The translations under genes and the position numbers were made by a program. Below are positions 8,459 to 18,149 of a DNA stretch of 64,000 bases, piece after piece (within the stretch, counting starts at the first letter, position 1; every line of letters starts with the position of its first letter). The DNA comes from an uncultured Aminicenantes bacterium (GTDB lineage Bacteria > Acidobacteriota > Aminicenantia > UBA2199): contig CBDAFS010000062.1 of NCBI GenBank assembly GCA_965195285.1, forward strand, positions 64,001 to 128,000, in the 5' to 3' direction. The notes below the pieces were generated by a model that did no database searches, was not told the origin of the DNA, and saw nothing but the letters and a program-made list of their open reading frames with translations.

Positions 8459-11400
8459 TTACTCAACCACTTTGACCAAATCACTGAAAAGGGTCTTGGC
8501 ATCCTCTAATTTTTTCTCGTTGCCGTACACGCAAATGATGTTTTTCTCCAGGATATCCGCAATCAATTTCCACATTCCCTGAATATCCTGGGCCGTGGTT
8601 TTCAGAATTTCATTCCGTTCTTTTTGGATATTTTCAAAAGGGGTTTTTTCCAGATAGCGTGACAGGGCCACCCGGCCTTTTTCAAAGGGCAGCAGGGGTC
8701 GGTCCATACTGGAAATGGTTCCGATGATGTAACGGGTCATTTGTCGTTCTTCCGACTTGAATGTTTTCAGGTAATCGACAGCCTTGGTATAATTCTCCAG
8801 GGTTTTTTCAAGGTTGGGATCCCGGTAGGAACCGAACCACAGATAACCGTCTCTGGAAAAGGAGGAAAAACCACCATAAGCACCTCCGACCACCCGGATG
8901 GCATTATACAGATAATTACGGGAAAGAATCTGCCTCAATACCATCATTTTTCCGGAATATTCATATCCAAGGTCTTTGAAATTATATCCCTGGATGACAT
9001 ATTGAACCTTCGATGCAGAAAGCAGACCTTCGTTTTTCTTTTGATAATCAAAACTGTATTTTTCCGTCTTAACCGGTTTATCTCCGAGAAAATTGAGGAA
9101 CTTGGGGAAATGCTTCTGGAAAACCGGATAATCATCCTGGGAACAGGTGATTCCCACCATCAGATTGTTTCGGTTGAAGATCAGTGCAGCCACTTTTTCC
9201 AGCTTATCAATGACCGCTTTGGAATCCCGGTCAAAATTCCGGGCAATATCGGTGATAAACCGATAGTAGGACAGTCCCCGGGTCAATTCAGTGTATTTGC
9301 CCGAAGGTGAAAAATAAGACTCATGACGCATCAGGGCCACATTGAGTCCCCGGTTCTTCATCATGGACTCCAGTTGCGACTGCAGGCGGGTAATGACCTC
9401 TTTCAGCCTTTTGGGATCATTGTATATGGTATTTTTGATGATTTCCCCCTCCAGACCCACCAGTTTCTGAAATTTTGAGGCCATCACCTTGGCATCCACC
9501 ACAAATTTGGGCAAAAAGGTTTTCCTGTTGCTGTTTTCCAGATACACATTCACCCGGGTACTCAACCCACCGGTATGGATGTTGAGTTCGGTATCCAGTT
9601 CACCGTAACTGAATTTTTTGGTATTCAGTTCCCCCAGCACATCTGATAGTAGTGAGACATAGGCAATTGAATCCTGGGGAATGACCCGGGTATCAAACAT
9701 CAATCTTAAATAAATGATTTTATTGGTGAAGACCGGAAAGGACAGTAATTTGACTCCGGATTCTGAATTTTCCTTAACCTGGAGATCTTCTGCTTTTGGA
9801 TTCACATCCTGCAGGGACAGTAATGGAATGGACTTCAGGGCTTCGGGCGAGTCAGGGGTTTTCTGATACTTCTTCAGGGCCTTGGTATTTTCCACCAGTC
9901 TCTCCAACTCGGCATCCGACAGGGAGGCCTTGTACCTGACCAGTTCTTCTTTGGTCTTTTTTGTCTTTTCCGCTTCCAATCCTTTTCGGGGCTGGAGTAT
10001 CAGTAACAGACTGTGGGTATTGTTCAGCATGTATTTATCGATAATTTTTTCCAGATAATCACTGGTCAAGGCGGTTTTGATCGTCATAAGGGGTTTCTCA
10101 TACTCCAGGGACATAAAGGGATCATCGGCAAACATCCATCCGGTGAGGGCCCGGTAATTGTCCAGAATCGCCTTGGGAATTCTTGAAGTCTGGCTGCCTT
10201 CACGCAGGTTGAATTCCATCCGGTTGATCACACCTTCAACCATTCGTTTATCCAGTCCTTCTTTGACCAGTTTTTCCAGGGTATCGAAAACTATTTTCTT
10301 GAAATCATCCTTGTCACTGACATTGGCATTCCGAACCGTTATTGAAAATACGTTTTGTTTGTTCTCATCCACGCTGGCACTGACATCTTTTCCGATTCCG
10401 GCCTCAACCAGCGCCCGTCTCAACGGGGCAGAGGGTAAATTCAGCAGGACTTCACTTAAAACATCCAGTGACATGGAGAGATCTTGTTGAATACCCTGTC
10501 CGATGACAAAATTCAAATTCAGAAAGGTCTGATCCTCTAATTTCCCCTGTGCAGAGATGGCATAGTCAGCAACCACCTCTTTCATTTTAGCAAAAGGTTT
10601 CTGAAGCGGGATAAAGGAATCGACTTTGATCCGGTCAAACTTGGACAGGTATTTCTCATCAATAAATTTCAGCTCAGCCGCTAATTTTCCATCCCCGTAT
10701 AGGAAAATATAACTATTGGAGGGATGATAATATCGCTTGTGAAATGACAGAAATGTTTTGTAGGTCAGCTTGGGAATAGCTTCGGGATAACCACCGGAGC
10801 TCAAACTATAGGCATTGTCCGGAAACAGATGCTTATAAGCCTGAAAATCAAGTTCCCGTTCCGGAGAGGAAAAGGCCCCCTTCATTTCATTGTATACGAT
10901 TCCGTTATATATGAGCTCACCGTCTTTCTTCTCCAATTCGTAATGCCAGCCTTCCTGTTGAAATATTTTGGGCTCGTCATAGATTAAGGGCATTAACACC
11001 GCATCCAGATACACATGCATGAGATTGAAGAAATCCTTGTCATTCCGGCTCGAGACCGGATACATGGTCCGGTCATTGGCAGTGAATGCGTTTAAAAATG
11101 TATTCAATGAACCCCGGGCCAGAATATCAAACGGGCTTTTTACCGGAAAGCTCTTGGATCCATTTAACACGCAATGTTCCATAATATGAGGAAGTCCGGC
11201 ATCGGATTCGGGCGGTGTCTTGAATGATATGCAGAATGTTTTATTATCGTCTTTGGCCTCGATTTTCAACAAACGGGCCCCGCTCTTTTGATGCAGGAAT
11301 AATTTGCCCACTGCATTCATTTCTTTGATCATTTTTTGTTTGATCAGCTTGAAACCATGGTAAACCTTGCCAACTTCCATATCTTCAGCCTCCAGCATTG

Positions 11401-11467
11401 AATTTCCAAAAATCATCATCATACTCAGTATGAATATGATCAGACTTAAGGTTTTTTGTTTTTGCAT
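8459..11467 (-). CDS. M16C (PreP/presequence protease-like) zinc metallopeptidase with signal peptide
   Basis: Inverted zincin HIMEH, NAFT..DRTMYP, GIVYNEMKG, RVVGGAYG, SYRDP. Confidence 0.92.
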   Translation of the reverse strand: MQKQKTLSLIIFILSMMMIFGNSMLEAEDMEVGKVYHGFKLIKQKMIKEMNAVGKLFLHQKSGARLLKIEAKDDNKTFCISFKTPPESDAGLPHIMEHCVLNGSKSFPVKSPFDILARGSLNTFLNAFTANDRTMYPVSSRNDKDFFNLMHVYLDAVLMPLIYDEPKIFQQEGWHYELEKKDGELIYNGIVYNEMKGAFSSPERELDFQAYKHLFPDNAYSLSSGGYPEAIPKLTYKTFLSFHKRYYHPSNSYIFLYGDGKLAAELKFIDEKYLSKFDRIKVDSFIPLQKPFAKMKEVVADYAISAQGKLEDQTFLNLNFVIGQGIQQDLSMSLDVLSEVLLNLPSAPLRRALVEAGIGKDVSASVDENKQNVFSITVRNANVSDKDDFKKIVFDTLEKLVKEGLDKRMVEGVINRMEFNLREGSQTSRIPKAILDNYRALTGWMFADDPFMSLEYEKPLMTIKTALTSDYLEKIIDKYMLNNTHSLLLILQPRKGLEAEKTKKTKEELVRYKASLSDAELERLVENTKALKKYQKTPDSPEALKSIPLLSLQDVNPKAEDLQVKENSESGVKLLSFPVFTNKIIYLRLMFDTRVIPQDSIAYVSLLSDVLGELNTKKFSYGELDTELNIHTGGLSTRVNVYLENSNRKTFLPKFVVDAKVMASKFQKLVGLEGEIIKNTIYNDPKRLKEVITRLQSQLESMMKNRGLNVALMRHESYFSPSGKYTELTRGLSYYRFITDIARNFDRDSKAVIDKLEKVAALIFNRNNLMVGITCSQDDYPVFQKHFPKFLNFLGDKPVKTEKYSFDYQKKNEGLLSASKVQYVIQGYNFKDLGYEYSGKMMVLRQILSRNYLYNAIRVVGGAYGGFSSFSRDGYLWFGSYRDPNLEKTLENYTKAVDYLKTFKSEERQMTRYIIGTISSMDRPLLPFEKGRVALSRYLEKTPFENIQKERNEILKTTAQDIQGMWKLIADILEKNIICVYGNEKKLEDAKTLFSDLVKVVE

Positions 11468-11578
11468 AAAAATATCCTCCTAATCTATTTTAAAACCTTT
11501 TATACGTTTATCAAACGGTTTTGGTTAAAAAAAGAGTACTATTATATCATATATTACCGGAATTTTTGATTTTTCGAT

Positions 11579-12919
11579 CTAAAAAGAGATTGAATGGTTT
11601 TTTACTATAGACAATCTGTGAACCTTTTTGATTTCATCAATATAGGATTTTTTTATATCAAGTTCCTTTGCAATTTTCGGCCATGTCGAAATAACATCGG
11701 TGATCTCTTTAACAATGGATCTATAAGAATCTATACGCTGATCAACACCGACTTTGTGAAGATCCTTTAACGTAAATTCATCTCTTTTACCATTAATGGT
11801 CATTTGATGTCGGTTTGTCCATTCCCCTTTGGGATTATATGAATAAATAACATCATAAGCTGGTGATAGTTTCCAATTGCCTGTTTTATCCATTAAAAAT
11901 GAGATATTTTTCGTATGGTCGTCCTGGTTTCGTGAAATGACATTAAATACCATTCGTCTGTATAGTTGTTCAATATCATATGGCGATAAATTAAGCTCAC
12001 GTAAAATCTGAAAAGCCTGTTCATATGAATAGGCTCCAGGGGAATTAAAATCAAAGTGAGATATTGCACATAAGGTTTGTAAATGAATTTTTTCGCCCTC
12101 TACTCTGTCAAAACGTTTTGTCATAAAATGATACCTGTTATTTTCTTTTAACAGTTCACAATCTGTCATATTGATTCCACAGGATTTTGCCAATTTACCA
12201 TACGCATATTCGATTTTTCCAAAACCTTCTGGATCCTCCAATGAATTATCTTTTATTCCGTCAAATTTTAAGATCCAGTACGAAAAGCCTTCAGGAGCTT
12301 TGACCTGGCCCGACCTTATTTCATTTGTATTTTCATTATATGCAATAACAGCTTTTGGCCTGTTTCCTCCTGCAGATGTACCAACACGGATAATATTAAG
12401 AAGTGCTTCAGAAGATGCAGATGTATTATCTATAAAATTAGTATTTAATCTGGATCTTTCATTTAGTACGGTTTGAGCCAACTCCAGGAGTTTTGAGACT
12501 TCAACCGGTACAGATTTATCAATATCTTTATTTAATATAGGTTTAAATTCTAATGCACCCATTCCCCTTTTCCCTGTATAACATAATCTTTCAATTGGAC
12601 TGAAAGTTTCAGGTGTTCTTCCTTCTCTTGCAAGCCATGAATCTATGATACTGTTCCCGAATTTATCCGGAAGAGAATCTGAGAGAAGCCCGGGTAATCC
12701 CTTAAAGGTATTTTTGGGAAGGTTTCTGAATTCAAAAGAAGGCCTTTTTCGTTTGATCGCTTCACTTAAAGGCATTGTGAGTGGTGAGAGGTTCAAATCC
12801 ATATTTAGAAATTTTGAATCAAATTCAAAAGTTGCATATTCTTTTTCGGCATTCCAGGAAACTGCACCAACAAGGTTTCCCCAGATATTTATATAAGCTA
12901 CATCAACTCTTTTTTCCAA
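11579..12919 (-). CDS. hipA: HipA-family kinase toxin (type II TA)
   Basis: HipA_N region (DSLPDKFG), GTSAGGNRPK, RNQDDHTKN, LSPAYD. Confidence 0.92.
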   Translation of the reverse strand: MEKRVDVAYINIWGNLVGAVSWNAEKEYATFEFDSKFLNMDLNLSPLTMPLSEAIKRKRPSFEFRNLPKNTFKGLPGLLSDSLPDKFGNSIIDSWLAREGRTPETFSPIERLCYTGKRGMGALEFKPILNKDIDKSVPVEVSKLLELAQTVLNERSRLNTNFIDNTSASSEALLNIIRVGTSAGGNRPKAVIAYNENTNEIRSGQVKAPEGFSYWILKFDGIKDNSLEDPEGFGKIEYAYGKLAKSCGINMTDCELLKENNRYHFMTKRFDRVEGEKIHLQTLCAISHFDFNSPGAYSYEQAFQILRELNLSPYDIEQLYRRMVFNVISRNQDDHTKNISFLMDKTGNWKLSPAYDVIYSYNPKGEWTNRHQMTINGKRDEFTLKDLHKVGVDQRIDSYRSIVKEITDVISTWPKIAKELDIKKSYIDEIKKVHRLSIVKNHSISF

Positions 12920-12934
12920 ATTATAACTCCTATA

Positions 12935-13240
12935 TTACTTAACACTTTTTGAGGCCCTCTTCCTGGCCCTGCCTTTTAATTTTGCAAGCTGCAGAGGACT
13001 AATCCCCTGCTCAGGTAATATCGAATCGAGTTCATCAAGTTCCTTCAATGCTCTGAGTATCTGTATAAAAGTCAGCATACTAAAAGGTTTGCCCTTTTCA
13101 ACTTCCACAATTGTTGATCTGTTTAAGCCTGATAGCTTTGACAGATCCTTTTGCGAAATATTTTTTTCAAGCCTTTTTTGTTTTAAACGTCTACCGATCT
13201 CTTTTAATATTGCAAAATCAGTAAATCCATAAATACTCAT
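12935..13240 (-). CDS. hipB: HipB-like HTH antitoxin
   Basis: XRE HTH (EIGRRLKQKRLEKNISQKDLS..SGLNRSTI) directly upstream of hipA; start 13240 or 13261. Confidence 0.8.
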   Translation of the reverse strand: MSIYGFTDFAILKEIGRRLKQKRLEKNISQKDLSKLSGLNRSTIVEVEKGKPFSMLTFIQILRALKELDELDSILPEQGISPLQLAKLKGRARKRASKSVK

Positions 13241-13253
13241 AATGTCCCCCAAA

Positions 13254-13290
13254 TCCATCATTTTTCTATAATTATGCCATTAATGATGGA
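13254..13290. promoter_or_regulatory. Inverted repeat, putative hipBA operator
   Basis: TCCATCATT (13254-13262) / AATGATGGA (13282-13290) flanking an AT-rich -10-like segment. Confidence 0.5.
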
Positions 13291-13471
13291 AAATACCAAC
13301 ATATATATATGTATTCAAAGTGTGTTTTTTTCAACTTTTATTTAGGATTTAAAATTAAATTAACTATTTACCGAAATCTTGAAAGTAAAAAGAATATGCG
13401 CGTTTGTACCCTTTATCTCCATTTGAGTAATGAAATTCTTGAAGAAGTCAAGAAAGCAACGACCGTCCCCA

Positions 13472-13599
13472 ATCCTTTCTAAAACCAATTCAAGAAAATA
13501 TTTTTTATCTTTTGAAGATTTAAATATCTTCTCCCCATTTATGCCCCTGTTCATGACATGGTGAAAGGCATCTTTGTAAGTAATTCTTGGGTGACGCAT
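13472..13599 (-). pseudogene. 5' fragment of a REP-associated tyrosine transposase (RAYT, Y1/HUH)
   Basis: MRHPRITYKDAFHHVMNRGINGEKIFKSSKDKKYFL is a typical RAYT N-terminus; homology stops at a REP-like motif before the HUH motif; upstream TTGACA-17-TATTTT promoter. Confidence 0.8.
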
Positions 13600-13725
13600 A
13601 AAAAAAATATCAAATAGATGTCATACTGTCAAGCAACGTCCCCATTTCATTGGGTGGGTAAAACCAGAAAAATAAGGGTGGGTGCAAACGTGCAAATAGG
13701 CCTTTTTTTCTTTTAATCAAATTTT

Positions 13726-14357
13726 CAGGTTTCAATGCACCGACTCCACTATTTTTTTTATAATGCTAAAATAAAAGTCCCTCTTAAAGTTCATTTCTTC
13801 GTAGTCCACTTTCCTTTCTTTGTCTTTTGGGATATATTATGTGTAACAATTTTAAGGAGGAAGAAAATTGAAGCCGAAACTTTTCACTATATTGCTTATT
13901 GTGGTTTTGATGAGTACGCTATTTCATCCAGGTTGTAAGACCGTAGAAGAATGCAGCTTCAATATCACCGGTATCTGGCAGGTCTCTATTACTATTACCG
14001 ACTGGTCAGCTACATGGACAGAAACTTTAACATTTATTGGGAGCACACTCAGTGGTGTGTCAACTGGCTTTAAGTACCAGCACGTAAATGTTCAAAACGG
14101 AACATATACAGTTACCAATTGTACAACCGTTCAATTCATTTTTAATTATTTGGATCTCGGGACACAATTGATTTGGATGTTTAATGGCAGTTCTACCTCA
14201 GAAAACACTATGAGCGGTACAGGCACCTACTATAATGACTGGAGTGGTTCCACATTGAGTCTTACCTGGACAGCCACAAGAACTTAATATATTAAAGTTT
14301 TTCCAGGTTTCGATGCACCTCCCCCAATCCATTTTTTTTATAATGCCAAAATGAAAG
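13726..14357 (+). repeat. ~53-bp imperfect direct repeats flanking the lipoprotein gene
   Basis: CAGGTTTC(A/G)ATGCACC...ATTTTTTTTATAATGC(T/C)AAAAT(A/G)AAAG at 13726-13777 and 14304-14357. Confidence 0.8.
13868..14287 (+). CDS. Putative lipoprotein, small beta-barrel (lipocalin-like)
   Basis: AAGGAGG RBS, TTG start, hydrophobic leader ending HPGC, ITGIWQV strand and C-terminal WTATR. Confidence 0.7.
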   Translation: MKPKLFTILLIVVLMSTLFHPGCKTVEECSFNITGIWQVSITITDWSATWTETLTFIGSTLSGVSTGFKYQHVNVQNGTYTVTNCTTVQFIFNYLDLGTQLIWMFNGSSTSENTMSGTGTYYNDWSGSTLSLTWTATRT

Positions 14358-14572
14358 ACGTGATCCTATTAACACACCGAGCATGGAGGTTTCCTAAATT
14401 GTCACACTGTCAAGCACCGTTAAGCCTCTTACTTAATAAAAAGCAGGTAGAAGAAACACAAAAATTATGCTTGAAAAGTCAAACACAGATTTGACCCCTT
14501 TATATTGTATACGTCCCTTTTATCTTTTAATTTTAATTTCTAAAGTGTTATGATAAAAACAAAGTATTTAAT

Positions 14573-17500
14573 ATGATCAATAGAAGGAAAATTATTGAAA
14601 CCTTTGAACAAATATTTCTTTTAGAGCTGCATCATTTAAAAAATCGACCTGATCTAATATTTCAACAGTTGTATAATGAGCTGCAGTGGAAAGAAAGAGA
14701 AATTAAGGAAATTGTAGAAAAAGCAAGGAAAACATATTTACATTCCGGAAGATCATTTCTCCACCAGTACAGAAAACCCAAAGTTGAGGTAAATCATCTG
14801 ATGATGACCTTGGCAGGGCATAAAGATGCGGTGAATGCTTGTGTCTATTCCCCAAATGGGAAACACATTGTTTCAGCTAGCAGTGATAATACCTTAAAGA
14901 TCTGGGACAGTGAGAATGGCCAGGAAATTGCCAGACTAACAGAACATACAAGTAGGATAAAAGCATGCGCCTATTCTCCTGATGGTAAATGGATTGTTTC
15001 AGCAAGTACTGATAGAACCTTGAAGTTATGGAGCGGTGAGACATTTCAAAAAGTTTTCACACTGAAGGGACATTCAGGTGTTGTACACTCTTGTGCGTTT
15101 TCTCCGGATGGGAAGAAAGTGGTATCAGCAAGTAATGATTATATGTTAAAACTGTGGGAAACAGAGACAGGAGAGGAGCTAGCAACTCTGAAAGGGCATT
15201 CAAATTTAGTAATATCCTGTGCATTTTCACCGAATGGAAAAAGGATTGTGTCAGCTAGTTTTGATAGAACATTAAGAATCTGGGACGCTGAGACTGCCCA
15301 AGAATTAACGATATTATTAAAAAATACCAGATTGATATTTTCCTGTGCTTTTTCCCCTGATGGGAAAAAGATTATCTCATCATGTGATGATTCCACTTTA
15401 ATAGTTATAGATATTAAGACCGGCCAAACATTAGACGTATTAATCGGACATAATAAATTATCTGGTGCTGCTATATCTATGTCAGATACTGGTGGTGACC
15501 CATCTTTTTCCGGATGGATATTATCTTGTTCATATTCTCCTGATGGGAAAAGAATTGTTTCAGCTGGTTATGATGGAACCTTAAAAACCTGGGACGCTGA
15601 GACTGGCCAAGAATTAATGACTTTTAAAGAACATATAGGCCAGATAAATTTCTGTTCATACTCCCCTGATGGGAAAAGGATTATCTCAGCTGGTGCTGAT
15701 AACACAGTAAGGGTATGGGATTGTGAAATCTATAAAGAGAGAGAAATCAGGAGAGAATTAGCTATACTTAAAGGTCATAACTCGACTGTTAAGTCATGTG
15801 TTTATTCCCCTGATGGAAAAAGAATTATATCTGCAAGTCGTGATAATACCTTAAAAATCTGGGATAGTAAGACAGGGGAGGAGACACATACCCTAACTGG
15901 GCATACTGATTCTGTATGCTTCTGTTCATGGTCTCCAGATGGAAGAAGAATTATATTTGCAAGTGAAGATAAAACTTTGAAGATATGGGATGCAGAAACA
16001 GTAAAAGAAATTACCATACTAACAGGACACACAGGTGGGATAATAGCATGCGCCTATTCTCCTGATGGGAGAAGAATTATATTTGCATGTGAAGATACAA
16101 CCTTAAAAATCTGGGATAGTGCAACAGGGAAGAAGACACATACCCTAACTGGGCATACTGATTCTGTATGGTTCTGTTCATGGTCTCCTGATGGGAAAAG
16201 AATTGTATCTGCAAGTGAAGATAAAACGTTAAAGATATGGGATGCAGAAACAGGAAAGGAAATTACTACACTAACAGGACACACCGGTGGGATAATAGCA
16301 TGCGCCTATTCCCCTGATGGGAAAAGAATTGTTTCTGGAAGTAGAGATCTAGCCTTGAAGGTCTGGGATAGTGAGATTTTTATGGATCAAGCGACATTAA
16401 AAGGCCACATTGGAATGATAACTTCTTGCAATTTTTCACCAGATGGAAGAAGAATTATATCTTCAAGTACCGATAAAACCTTAAGGGTCTGGGATATTGA
16501 GAATTTTAAAGAATTGCTAACCTTAAGAGGACATGTTGATACAGTAACCTCTTGCAACTTTTCACCAGATGGAAGAAGAATTATATCTTCAAGTGACGAT
16601 AAAACCATAAGGATCTGGGATAATAAGAATGGTGAAGATTTAGTAATACCAATAGGACATACTGATGTGGTAGATGTCTGGGCTTATTCCCCAAATGGGA
16701 AACAAATTACATCTGGAAGTTTTGATAAAACCTTAAAGATCTGGGATGTAGATAGGGGAGAAATATTTTCTACACTAATTGGACATAATGATAAAATAAC
16801 GGCCTGTGCTTATTCCCCGGATGGGAAAAAAATAATCTCGGGTAGTCGTGATAATACTTTAAAAATTTGGGATAGTGAGACAGGGCGGGAAATCCATACC
16901 CTAACTGGGCATAGAGGTGAGGTGAATGCTTGTGTCTATTCCCCAAATGGGAAACACATTGTTTCAACTAGCGATGATAATAACTTAAAGATCTGGGATG
17001 CAGAAACAGGAAAGGAAATTACTACACTAACAGGACACACCGGTGGGATAATAGCATGCGCCTATTCTCCTGATGGGAGAAGAATTGTATCTGCAAGTCA
17101 AGATCAAACCTTAAAAATCTGGGATAGTAAGACTTTTGAGGAATTGCAAACATTAAGAGGTCATTTTGATGGAGTATACTCTTGTGATTTTTCCCCTGAT
17201 GGGAAAAAAATTATCTCAACAAGTGCTGATAAAACCATAAAAATATGGGATATTGAGAGAGGTAATGAGTTACTTACATTAATAGGATATTGGTTCCATA
17301 AAAATTCACTTTATGGGAAAAGAATGATTTCCGGACTTTCAGATGGCAGTGTTAATGATAAATTAAAGGTTTTGGATACAGAGACAGGAAGAGAGATTGT
17401 CACTCTTATAGGACATTCTGGACTTATATTAGATTGTGCTTGGTCTCCGGATGGGAAAAGAATTGTTTCTGGAAGTAGAGACCTAACCTTGAAGGTCTGG

Positions 17501-17635
17501 GACAGTGAAATAGGAGAGGAATTATTTATTTTTTATACTAGATATTATGTAAACAAATGCAATTTTTCTCCTGATGGAAAATCAATTGTAGCTGGGGATT
17601 ATAATGGGAATGTATATTTTCTTAAATTAGTATGA
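14573..17635 (+). CDS. Highly repetitive WD40 protein (~22 repeats) with short helical N-terminus
   Basis: 42-aa GH...C.(Y/F/W)SPDG.RI.S.S.D.TLKIWD repeats from about aa 77 to the C-terminus. Confidence 0.95.
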   Translation: MINRRKIIETFEQIFLLELHHLKNRPDLIFQQLYNELQWKEREIKEIVEKARKTYLHSGRSFLHQYRKPKVEVNHLMMTLAGHKDAVNACVYSPNGKHIVSASSDNTLKIWDSENGQEIARLTEHTSRIKACAYSPDGKWIVSASTDRTLKLWSGETFQKVFTLKGHSGVVHSCAFSPDGKKVVSASNDYMLKLWETETGEELATLKGHSNLVISCAFSPNGKRIVSASFDRTLRIWDAETAQELTILLKNTRLIFSCAFSPDGKKIISSCDDSTLIVIDIKTGQTLDVLIGHNKLSGAAISMSDTGGDPSFSGWILSCSYSPDGKRIVSAGYDGTLKTWDAETGQELMTFKEHIGQINFCSYSPDGKRIISAGADNTVRVWDCEIYKEREIRRELAILKGHNSTVKSCVYSPDGKRIISASRDNTLKIWDSKTGEETHTLTGHTDSVCFCSWSPDGRRIIFASEDKTLKIWDAETVKEITILTGHTGGIIACAYSPDGRRIIFACEDTTLKIWDSATGKKTHTLTGHTDSVWFCSWSPDGKRIVSASEDKTLKIWDAETGKEITTLTGHTGGIIACAYSPDGKRIVSGSRDLALKVWDSEIFMDQATLKGHIGMITSCNFSPDGRRIISSSTDKTLRVWDIENFKELLTLRGHVDTVTSCNFSPDGRRIISSSDDKTIRIWDNKNGEDLVIPIGHTDVVDVWAYSPNGKQITSGSFDKTLKIWDVDRGEIFSTLIGHNDKITACAYSPDGKKIISGSRDNTLKIWDSETGREIHTLTGHRGEVNACVYSPNGKHIVSTSDDNNLKIWDAETGKEITTLTGHTGGIIACAYSPDGRRIVSASQDQTLKIWDSKTFEELQTLRGHFDGVYSCDFSPDGKKIISTSADKTIKIWDIERGNELLTLIGYWFHKNSLYGKRMISGLSDGSVNDKLKVLDTETGREIVTLIGHSGLILDCAWSPDGKRIVSGSRDLTLKVWDSEIGEELFIFYTRYYVNKCNFSPDGKSIVAGDYNGNVYFLKLV

Positions 17636-17869
17636 GTATATATATTTGAACACTAAATCTCAGGCCCAGTTGGAATTAAGTAAAGTATTTTTATCAAATA
17701 AAAAAAAGGGAAAAAAGGGGGACGTCCATTAAAAGTTCATTGTCAAGTAAATAGATCAATTTTTTTGATTTTTTTTCAAAATCGGTTTAAAATTTAATTC
17801 AATGGTAACGATTAGCCCTTCTCACGCCCGTGTTTTCTGTTATTTTTGGTTTGCAGGGTTAAAATTCCC

Positions 17870-18149
17870 GCACCAGTCATCCATATGGATTTGGAGAATA
17901 AAAATATGGAAATATATCCAAAAAAAATATTTATTCTCCTTTGCACCTTTTGGTGCTCCAGAAAACCTTTGGTGCCATCCCATGTCCATAATTTTGGGTT
18001 TGCAGATAACTTATGGCTCTTTGTCCAACCCCGATTGGCTCAAGGGATGGGCGAGAGTTACTAAACATTACCATTTGTAAAGGTTGCGGCAGTTTTCCAA
18101 TCAGATCTGGTGGTTCTTAGTCCAACCCCATTACTGGTTCACTGCCGCA
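17870..18149 (-). ncRNA. Putative bridge/seek RNA of the IS110 element
   Basis: Three stem-closed loops; guide-like segments CAGATCTG and GGGGT (target) and ATGGATGA (circle junction). Confidence 0.7.

Noticed and set aside
13735-13938. 67-aa ORF before the lipoprotein
   Set aside because: Runs through the direct repeat, lacks an RBS and overlaps the better-supported gene.
14573-17635. 126-bp periodic repeats as a CRISPR array or DGR template/variable repeats
   Set aside because: In-frame coding WD40 repeats; no spacers, cas genes or reverse transcriptase, and differences are not adenine-specific.
17802-18080. ORFs 17802-18080 and 17846-18064
   Set aside because: Antisense to the structured non-coding end of the IS110 element; no protein motifs.
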